From positions 3,902-67,901 of the forward strand of contig SVQK01000110.1 in the NCBI GenBank assembly GCA_015065385.1: DNA of 64,000 bases, read 5' to 3'. This stretch comes from Oscillospiraceae bacterium (GTDB lineage: Bacteria > Bacillota > Clostridia > Oscillospirales > CAG-272). A model generated the notes under the pieces. It searched no databases. It was not told the DNA's origin and saw nothing but the letters and a program-made list of their open reading frames with translations. This document shows, one piece after another, positions 53,925 through 61,485 of the stretch (the first letter of the stretch is position 1; every line of letters begins with the position of its first letter). The position numbers were made by a program, and so were the translations under genes.

Positions 53925-56129
53925 TCAATCAAGGTTCAAACTCTTCATCACGTTCTCTTCAAAGCTCGCGCAATCGCCGGACTCGGCATGACCGGCATAG
54001 GAATCCCCACACACCAGCTCGAGAGCGGACAGAACGGCGGATTTCAGATCGCCGGATGGATCATCCTGTGAATACGCCTTTTTCCGGTAAACGAAGGGCA
54101 GCTCCTCATCGTAGGCGTCGATCGGCCCGCAGTCCTTCCCTGTGAGAAGGGAAAGTTCAAGCCTCGTGAGGAAGCTCTCCCAGCGCGGACGGTAAAAGTC
54201 TTCGAGCAGGCCCTGCCACGAACGCGCCGCGTAGTCCCTCAGAAGGGCCGCCCCGCTCCGATCTCCCCAGAGCGTGACGAGCGTCCGGGCGTTCCATTCG
54301 AAATACGCCTTTTCCGCCGCCGTTCTGCCGTGCCTCCTCGCCTTCCCGATCCATGTTCCGAGCCTCATATCCGGGAAGGAGGAAACAAGCTCGCTTTCCG
54401 TGTCGAAAAGCGCAAACAGTTTCCCGCCCCAGCGCGAAAGGGCTTCCACCTCCTTTGCCGCGTACGCCTCTTTGATCTTTGAGACGATATGCCACGAATA
54501 ATTGGCAATCAGCGAATTGGCCGCGTCCATCAGATCCCGCCGGTACGCCGGATTGTCCTTCAAGGAGTCGTATTCCTCGAACAGGGCTTCGATAAACCCG
54601 GTCAGCAGGCTTTGATCGGCGTCCGGATCGGGCTCCGGCGACCAGGAGGATGTGTGCCGGACGTCGAGGGACGGACGTGCGCAGAGCGCCGATTCACCGC
54701 AATAGACGGACTTGGCGTTCATGATCTCGCGGCAGGCCGTCGTCCAGGCGGATACGAGACGTTCCGTGCATTTCCCGTATCTCGTTTTCAGATAGTACCG
54801 GATGAACGAATCAAGATCGCAGCTGTCCGAAAAAGCGGCGTACGAAAACGCTTCATATACGATCCCGCAGCAGTTGACGGCCTCGGGCATGAACCCGATC
54901 CCGACGAGGTTCGTGTTTTCATCCTCGAGACAGCGACGCGGATTCGTGAGGACCGTTTCCGGCTTGCCGAAGAAATAATACTGACCGCCGAAGAAATAGA
55001 CATCGCAGTAACACCACGGCGCGCCGGCGTAGAGCTCCTGTCCCTGCCAGTTGTCGCCGGACAGGTTCATGATCAGGATGCGGTCCTCGGGGATGCTCCG
55101 GATGACGTCGGCCTTCGGCGTGTTCGTCCACCCCTGCAGCATCCAGACCGCTTCGGGATCGCATTCCGCCATGTTCCGATAGACGCCCGTTCCGTAGGCG
55201 AAAAGGTCTATGCCGTCCGTGACTCCGCCCTCGTGAAAGGGATCGGCCGAATATATATGCGTATCCTCCGCTCCCGGGATCTTTTTGCTCTCCCGGTAGA
55301 AGAGACCGGCAGCGCGGTCGAAAAGGGGATCCCACGGCATGAGCAGAGCCGGGCGTACAAATCCGCACCACGGCCCCTGATCGATGGGATTCGATTCCGG
55401 GAAATGCGCGGCGAAATCCGCCGGAACCATCCCGGCGAAGCCCGGAGCAGCCGTGGAAATGCCGAGCGCGTGGAGCCGCCGGTTGATTCTGCCCGCGAGC
55501 TCACGCCGTTCCTCGTACCAATGCAGCGGCGCGCCTCCCGCCCATCCGGTCAGATTCATCATCCACTGCCATGCGTAGAACGCCGGGCCGCAGATAAAGT
55601 CCTCCGCTTCCTTTTCGGAATATCCGAGTTCAAGCAGAACGGACCGCCAGACACATTCGAGCCCGATCGGATTGAGAATCAGGTTGTACCCGGACAGAGC
55701 CAGAATATCGAGGGTCTTCTCCCAGTCTTCCCAACTGTCGAAGGCGTAGGTATAACAAAACGTGCAGTAGTTGAAAAAGTACCGCCAGACGTACGGACTT
55801 CTGCGCCGGATCGGCTCTCCGACGGCGGGGGGATTTGCAGGGAGCGTTCCTGTCACGTCCAGCGCGCCGACGGAGTATCCGCACCGTTCTTTCAGATACG
55901 CGCTGAACCCGGTTGTGATCCCGGATCCCGACGAGCCTCGGATGAGGATCCTTCCGTCCCGGTCAGAAACTCCATAGGAGTCGAATCCGTCGTCCTCGAA
56001 GAGCTCGAGGTCGATGGACTCCCGGTATGCCTCTCCCGCGACACGCCCGATCAGGGCACGCAGTTCCCCGAGCTCGGCAGCCGGAGCGATCCGCCGTTTG
56101 GTATTGAGATACATCTCTTTGATCTTCAT
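53925..56129 (-). CDS. Alpha-N-acetylglucosaminidase (GH89, NAGLU-like)
   Basis: VWRYFFNYCTFCYTYAFDSWEDWEKTLDILALSGYNLILNP, YAWQWMMNL and ..SADPFHEGG.. match the GH89 layout. Start at ATG 56129 (AAAGAGG RBS). No signal peptide. Confidence 0.8.
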   Translation of the reverse strand: MKIKEMYLNTKRRIAPAAELGELRALIGRVAGEAYRESIDLELFEDDGFDSYGVSDRDGRILIRGSSGSGITTGFSAYLKERCGYSVGALDVTGTLPANPPAVGEPIRRRSPYVWRYFFNYCTFCYTYAFDSWEDWEKTLDILALSGYNLILNPIGLECVWRSVLLELGYSEKEAEDFICGPAFYAWQWMMNLTGWAGGAPLHWYEERRELAGRINRRLHALGISTAAPGFAGMVPADFAAHFPESNPIDQGPWCGFVRPALLMPWDPLFDRAAGLFYRESKKIPGAEDTHIYSADPFHEGGVTDGIDLFAYGTGVYRNMAECDPEAVWMLQGWTNTPKADVIRSIPEDRILIMNLSGDNWQGQELYAGAPWCYCDVYFFGGQYYFFGKPETVLTNPRRCLEDENTNLVGIGFMPEAVNCCGIVYEAFSYAAFSDSCDLDSFIRYYLKTRYGKCTERLVSAWTTACREIMNAKSVYCGESALCARPSLDVRHTSSWSPEPDPDADQSLLTGFIEALFEEYDSLKDNPAYRRDLMDAANSLIANYSWHIVSKIKEAYAAKEVEALSRWGGKLFALFDTESELVSSFPDMRLGTWIGKARRHGRTAAEKAYFEWNARTLVTLWGDRSGAALLRDYAARSWQGLLEDFYRPRWESFLTRLELSLLTGKDCGPIDAYDEELPFVYRKKAYSQDDPSGDLKSAVLSALELVCGDSYAGHAESGDCASFEENVMKSLNLD

Positions 56130-56183
56130 GTTTGCCTCTTTCACATCATAAAGTGCAGTTCGCGCAGGAATTCCAAATCCCGT

Positions 56184-57209
56184 TCAGAGATGGACATCCG
56201 CGTTGACGACAAGTTTTCTGTGTCCTGCGATCCTGAGCCCTCTTTCGATCGGCATGCCGGGACAGGGGATGAGGTAAATCACCTGATCCTCCCGCAGTCC
56301 CTCCGCGTAGAAGAGCAGATCCTCCGAGGCACGGTCGTTGAGCTGAACGCTTCTCAGGTGCGGCATCTGCCGGAACAGCGGGATGAGGTGGCCGTGGCTT
56401 CCGCAGAGATGGATCATCCCGCCGTGCGGATAGGCTGCTAAAAGCGAGTCGTCCAGCGGCATGATGAACTCCTCATACAGGGCCGGGGACACGAGCTGCG
56501 TGCTGCATCCGCAGAGTTGTCCGTATCCCGGCGGCTGCGTCCTTCCCCATGAGATCACGGGCTGGATGCGCTCCATCGGGAAACGATCCAGATACCAGCG
56601 GTGAAGCCGGATCAGCACGTCGTTGATGATGCCGAAATCATGCTTCGCCGCCTCCGGTTCCGTCATCATAGCGACGAGGATTTCCTGACCGTACAGGTTG
56701 ATGGCGATGTTGAGCGCGCTTGCGATCGTGGGCAGGCCGAACAGGGGGACGGTCGTACCTGCGGCGAAAAAGGCCTCGGCGTAGTCACGGGCCAGCTTCC
56801 ACGTCTCGTCGTTTTCAAGATCCGGCTCTTTCAGTTCCCCGACCGGGTTCGTGAGATACAGGTTGTACCACTGCCCGCTCTTGAAAAAGACTTTTGAGCC
56901 GAAGATCCGGTCAACGAAGTGCACGCCGTAGAAGCCCTGCTCCACGCATGCGGGCCGGAACTGATCTTCTCTCAGAGCTCCGTCCATCCGACCGGCCAGA
57001 GCACATAGATCCGCCTCCATCATGCGGTTCGCGTCGTCGTACAAAGGCGCGCCGTCCGGGCCGATGTCCTGATGCCAGCTTGAAATGCCGTTGAGGACCA
57101 AAGGCCCTTTCGCATCCCCCTCGAAGATGTCCCGCAGTCTGTCGAACCATGCGTTCTGATTTTCAAGCCATGCTTCGTCGCAAAGACGCTCCATGATCTT
57201 CGGATCCAT
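56184..57209 (-). CDS. Uroporphyrinogen decarboxylase (URO-D)/MtaA-like family protein, function unknown
   Basis: Size and C-terminal ..GGMIHLCGSHGHL.. resemble URO-D-like TIM barrels as I recall them. This is a weak by-eye call. Confidence 0.45.
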   Translation of the reverse strand: MDPKIMERLCDEAWLENQNAWFDRLRDIFEGDAKGPLVLNGISSWHQDIGPDGAPLYDDANRMMEADLCALAGRMDGALREDQFRPACVEQGFYGVHFVDRIFGSKVFFKSGQWYNLYLTNPVGELKEPDLENDETWKLARDYAEAFFAAGTTVPLFGLPTIASALNIAINLYGQEILVAMMTEPEAAKHDFGIINDVLIRLHRWYLDRFPMERIQPVISWGRTQPPGYGQLCGCSTQLVSPALYEEFIMPLDDSLLAAYPHGGMIHLCGSHGHLIPLFRQMPHLRSVQLNDRASEDLLFYAEGLREDQVIYLIPCPGMPIERGLRIAGHRKLVVNADVHL

Positions 57210-57297
57210 CCGTTATGCCCCCTTTCGGAAATGCGGTTTTCTGTCCTGATTCGATTTCGGAATCAAACGAATCGCCGGGAATCCTGCGGCCCGCGGT

Positions 57298-58602
57298 TCA
57301 GCCTTCGCTGCTCCCGCCGAGATCCCAGAGCTTTTTGCATAAAGCGGGAAGGCGTTCCGCGACAAGCCGGGCTTCAAGATGGATCGCCTCTTCTCTGTCC
57401 TCCCATCCCGCGATATAGTCGCCCCACGCGCAGATCTGGGAGCCGAGGACGGGATATTTTCGGTCAATGTTGAAGCCGTGATAGGCAAGGGAGCGTTTAT
57501 TGAAGTTCTCCCACCGCCACGGGTCATGAGCGGCGATCTCTTCCGGGGACCAGATCCTGTCCTCTCTGCCCGTGCAGATGTACAGGGGCTTCCACGAGCA
57601 GTTGATCAGCGTGAAGCCCGCCTCGGCCAGATCGTACGCGGGCTGATACAGGGATTCCCACGCGATCACGACGGTCCTTCGGTCGATGCGGTCGTTATAC
57701 TCCTTAGCAAATCCCTCCCAGACCACCGGCGTTCTTCCGAGCGAGAAGATCATCTCCGTGAGCGTGCGGATGTACTCGGCGTACATCTCGTGAATATCCC
57801 GGATCCCGTGCTCCGCCATATAAGCTTTTGTCCGCTCGCACCCTTCCCATTTGTCGATGAACGCCTCGTCCCCGCCGAGATGGATCATGGGAGAATACGG
57901 AAACATCTCTGCCACCTCGCCGAAGATCGTCCGCAGCGCGTCGAACACCTCGTCACAGGCCGGGAGAACGCCGGTCGTCCCGAAGATCTCGGGATAGGCC
58001 TGATAGAACGGGGAGGTGTGTCCGGGGACGTCCACCTCGGGCACCAGAACGATCCCGCGGGATTTGGCGTAATCGACAATCGTCCTGATTTCCTCCCTTG
58101 TGTAGGAGCGTCCCTCGGTGGACAGCTTCGGATAAGCCGTCATGGGAAGGGTGAAGCTCGGAAAATCCGTGAAATGGAGTTGGAGATGGGACGCGCGGTT
58201 TTCCCAGCACAAATCGATGAAGCGTAAAACGTCCGGCAAGGGATGCCAGATCCGCGCAAGATCCACGAGCAGCCCGCGGTAGGAGCAGTCGGGCGATTTC
58301 GTGACAGACAGAACCGGGACGGAAAGGCTGTCTTCCCCGCCCTCGATTTTCGAAAGAAGATCCGCGAGCGCGTTGTGCATCCCTTTTTCGGAAGACGCGG
58401 AGAGGACAACCACGTTTTCGCCCGATTCCAGACGATAGCCCTCGAAGGGAAGCGCGTCGTCCTTCGAGAGAATCAGCCCGCCTTCTCCCTCGCTCCATCG
58501 GACGCCGAACTTCCGGGCGGCATACTCCGCAAAAACAGACGCGCATCCGGAGAACAAAGTCTCGGACGCATAGACGGGTTTTAGCTTGCAGACGTTCTTC
58601 AT
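57298..58602 (-). CDS. GH20 beta-N-acetylhexosaminidase
   Basis: YRGLLVDLARIWHP, VPEVDVPGHT and the canonical IHLGGDE catalytic motif. AAGGAG RBS. Confidence 0.85.
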   Translation of the reverse strand: MKNVCKLKPVYASETLFSGCASVFAEYAARKFGVRWSEGEGGLILSKDDALPFEGYRLESGENVVVLSASSEKGMHNALADLLSKIEGGEDSLSVPVLSVTKSPDCSYRGLLVDLARIWHPLPDVLRFIDLCWENRASHLQLHFTDFPSFTLPMTAYPKLSTEGRSYTREEIRTIVDYAKSRGIVLVPEVDVPGHTSPFYQAYPEIFGTTGVLPACDEVFDALRTIFGEVAEMFPYSPMIHLGGDEAFIDKWEGCERTKAYMAEHGIRDIHEMYAEYIRTLTEMIFSLGRTPVVWEGFAKEYNDRIDRRTVVIAWESLYQPAYDLAEAGFTLINCSWKPLYICTGREDRIWSPEEIAAHDPWRWENFNKRSLAYHGFNIDRKYPVLGSQICAWGDYIAGWEDREEAIHLEARLVAERLPALCKKLWDLGGSSEG

Positions 58603-58808
58603 TGCATCTGTCTCCTTTGCTCAATCATGGTTGGCGTTTTTTTCCCAATTGTTCTTCAACTTTCAGATAGCCCTCGATCAAATCCCCGTAAAGCTGTTCG
58701 GCCGCCGGGATCAGGGACGCATAGGCGGAGGCGACGTCGCTTGTATTCGTGGAAACGGAATTCCAGAAGACTTTGCGGATCCCGACCGAGTCGTGAAGAA
58801 AACCGAAA

Positions 58809-59246
58809 TCAAACACGCGGCGTTCCTTCTGACGCGGGAAGACGGTTGAAGAAGATGCTTCCCTTCGCCTGATGCCCGGTCACGGAGATCCGGTAGGTTC
58901 CCGATTTCGGAATCGTCAGAGAAAACTCCGCGTTCGTCTGGCCGGAGCCCTTGTAGATCGGCTCTTCTCCCACTTTACCGACCGTCACGTCCACGTCCCC
59001 GACCGTATGCTGAATGCGCACCTGAAGCTCTTCCCCTTCCTTCAGGGGAAGATCCGCCGTTTCTTCCCGGTCGAGGATGGCGTACTCCATCCAGAAGCCG
59101 GTCTCGCCGGACGTCCTTGTGCCTTCAAACGTGCTCGGGCTTCCGCATCCCGTCAAAAGCCGGATGATCGCCAGAAAGAGAACAAACGCGGCGGCAGTTC
59201 TGCGCGAGATCCTTCTTCTCACGGATCGGCGCGCTGTATTTTCCAT
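58809..59246 (-). CDS. Small lipoprotein of unknown function
   Basis: ..AAAFVLFLAIIRLLTGC lipobox. Start at the ATG at 59246, 6 nt after GGAGGG. Confidence 0.55.
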   Translation of the reverse strand: MENTARRSVRRRISRRTAAAFVLFLAIIRLLTGCGSPSTFEGTRTSGETGFWMEYAILDREETADLPLKEGEELQVRIQHTVGDVDVTVGKVGEEPIYKGSGQTNAEFSLTIPKSGTYRISVTGHQAKGSIFFNRLPASEGTPRV

Positions 59247-59372
59247 ATCCATCCCTCCGTCTTTTTTTCCATACGTTCCGAAAAGGCTTCATCCGGCACA
59301 CACCCTGCCCAAACCGGATCGACTGCTCAGAAGAAAACTGCTGCTTTCATGACAACGAAACCGGACGTGCGT

Positions 59373-60974
59373 TCAAGCCCCTGTTCCTGTCGGAGCTTTC
59401 CAGTCATAGTACCCCGCGAGTTTCTCCACGTCCGCCGGATCGAACGCTTTATTGAAAATCAAGAGGTCGTCCATATGGATCAGCGCGTCGTTGCCGCTGT
59501 TGATTTTGTGCGAGGCATCGTCGCCCACCGTGAACGGGAGCGCGTCCATCGAAACGTCCGCAAAGCACTGTGGCAGACGGAACGTCTTTTTCAGCCTGAA
59601 ATTCAGGTACAGATCGATCGTGCATTCCTTTCTCCGGAAAGCGAGCGCGGCATGGAGCCATCCTCCCGACACTTCGCGCCGATAGGAAGGCTGAAACTCT
59701 TCGTACGAATTCGGATCGGACGTTTCAATGCCGATCCAGAGCGCGGTGTCCGTGAAGCCCAGCATGAAGCCCGGTCCGGAATCCGTCATGGTCTTGGTCC
59801 CGCAGTAATAGGCTTCCGTCGCAGGGGCGTTGTCAACGTTCAGCCATGCCGAAACCGTGAAGTCGTCCGTCCCGAACTTCACGTCGTCCGAAACAAAGCA
59901 GCCCGTCGCTCCGACCTCCGCACTCGCGCCCCGCACGCCGTTCGAATAGTATTTCACATGACCGAGCTCTTCAAAGCGCGCCCTGCCCATCGCGTCCTCG
60001 GCGTTATACTCGAAAAACATGGCGAGCTTGACCTCGTCCCCGCGGAAGAAGGAGAGAAGCCCTTTTTCTCCCCGCAAATCCGGCTGGGGCTTCGGCTCCA
60101 CATCGCAGCGTCCGCCCTCCGGGAAGGTCACATAAGGCCGCGTCCAGTCCGTGAAGACTCCCTCCGGAACCTGAGAGGAATACCCGTTCAGGTCGGGTGC
60201 CGGAATATCCAGCCCGAAGGCGTACCGCACGACCGCGTTGATGTCCTTTGTCGCCGCGAAAAAGCCGTCCGTCTCCGAAACGGTTTTGCCTCGGAGCGCG
60301 AAATAGATATACTTTTCGGTATCGGTATAGCCCCCGTGTCCGTGCCTGAACCCTCCGTGATCCGTGATCACGATAAAGAGCGTGTCTTCGATCATACCGG
60401 CCTGCCCGTATGCGTCGAAAATCCTGCCCACCATGGCGTCCACGCTTGAAATACAGTCGAGATGCCCCTGCGTCCCGTAGCCGTGATAGTGTCCGGCCCC
60501 GTCGGGATCGTCGATGTGGACGAACAGCAGATCGGGCTTTTGCTCCAATACGCACGACACCGCTTTTTCCGTTGTGGACGCTCCGTCGGACGCAGTCTGC
60601 ATCAGGACGCCGACGTCGTGCTCGATGATGCCGCGGTTGATCGGTTCCCAGTTGCTGACGCTGCACAGCACGGCGTCCGGATACGCTTTCCGCACGGTTG
60701 TGAAAACGGACGGCAGATCCTTGTTCGCGTATTCCTGTTGGCTGATTTTGCCGTTGGTCAGGCCGTGCGCCTCCGGCTCCGCTCCTAAAAGCATCGCGCC
60801 CCAGTTCTGCGCGCTGATGGTCGGGAACAGGCTGACGGCCCGGTGCGTCTTCGCTCCGTTTTTGAAAATCTCATCCATCCGCGGGGTGGATGTGTCCCGG
60901 CAGAAGGCTCCCATCCCGTCAAGCCCGATGATCGCCGTGTGCGCGTAACGGCGCGGATTCTGTTCTGCTGTCAT
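59373..60974 (-). CDS. Alkaline-phosphatase-superfamily phosphodiesterase/nucleotide pyrophosphatase-like domain fused to a C-terminal LamG/concanavalin-like domain
   Basis: IIGLDGMG, FPTISAQNW, VHIDDPDGAGH and ITDHGGFRHGHGG are metal-site-type motifs. The C-terminal ..MDDLLIFNKAFDPADVEKL is typical of LamG-type jelly rolls. The start (MTAEQ..) is taken from the ORF-track frame. Confidence 0.65.
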   Translation of the reverse strand: MTAEQNPRRYAHTAIIGLDGMGAFCRDTSTPRMDEIFKNGAKTHRAVSLFPTISAQNWGAMLLGAEPEAHGLTNGKISQQEYANKDLPSVFTTVRKAYPDAVLCSVSNWEPINRGIIEHDVGVLMQTASDGASTTEKAVSCVLEQKPDLLFVHIDDPDGAGHYHGYGTQGHLDCISSVDAMVGRIFDAYGQAGMIEDTLFIVITDHGGFRHGHGGYTDTEKYIYFALRGKTVSETDGFFAATKDINAVVRYAFGLDIPAPDLNGYSSQVPEGVFTDWTRPYVTFPEGGRCDVEPKPQPDLRGEKGLLSFFRGDEVKLAMFFEYNAEDAMGRARFEELGHVKYYSNGVRGASAEVGATGCFVSDDVKFGTDDFTVSAWLNVDNAPATEAYYCGTKTMTDSGPGFMLGFTDTALWIGIETSDPNSYEEFQPSYRREVSGGWLHAALAFRRKECTIDLYLNFRLKKTFRLPQCFADVSMDALPFTVGDDASHKINSGNDALIHMDDLLIFNKAFDPADVEKLAGYYDWKAPTGTGA

Positions 60975-61485
60975 TTTGTCTCTCCCGTTCTTTGTTCTCC
61001 GATACCGGATCCATCCGGCAAAAAGGACGTCTCCGCGGCTGAATGATCCGGCGGCAGGTTCATTATACCATATCGCCGGGGTGAGCGCAAGGGATTTCAC
61101 CCGTCCCGCGTCATTCGGCTGACGGATTCTGGCCGGTCTCCGCGTCCTGTGTTTTTTCTCATAGATTATACCACACTCCGGTCAGAGAAGTCAAACCGTT
61201 TTTCCCCCGATCGATCCGCTTCCCCTCCCGGCTTTTTTCGGGCACGCCTGAAACCGTGGACTGTCGGGACGGTTTTTCCGTTGTTTCGGCAGATCGTATC
61301 AGTTGTTCGGACCATCGAGACTTGACAAGAAATCCGGGTTGGTTTATACTGTACTCGCATATCGTCTTCGACCGTGCCCGTTCAAAAATCATACGGCAGC
61401 CGAAACAGATCTCTGAGGCGAGGAACTCCCCGAACGGAGCGGAGATCGCCGGCGAAGAAAGAGACAGGAGGTAAACAAAATAACG

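Noticed and set aside
53739-54071. 110-aa plus-strand ORF starting inside MITE-like copy B and running into the GH89 gene antisense
   Set aside because: It spans a non-coding repeat and the antisense of a well-supported gene. The corresponding frame is not preserved in copy A, and it has no RBS.
60960-61100. Apparent 1-nt frame disagreement near the A-run at 61021-61024 when I hand-translated the N-terminal extension of ORF 59373..61100
   Set aside because: The ORF track was computed from the same sequence and is continuous, so this is almost certainly my manual counting error and not a frameshift. The extension is upstream of the likely true start (MTAEQ..) anyway.
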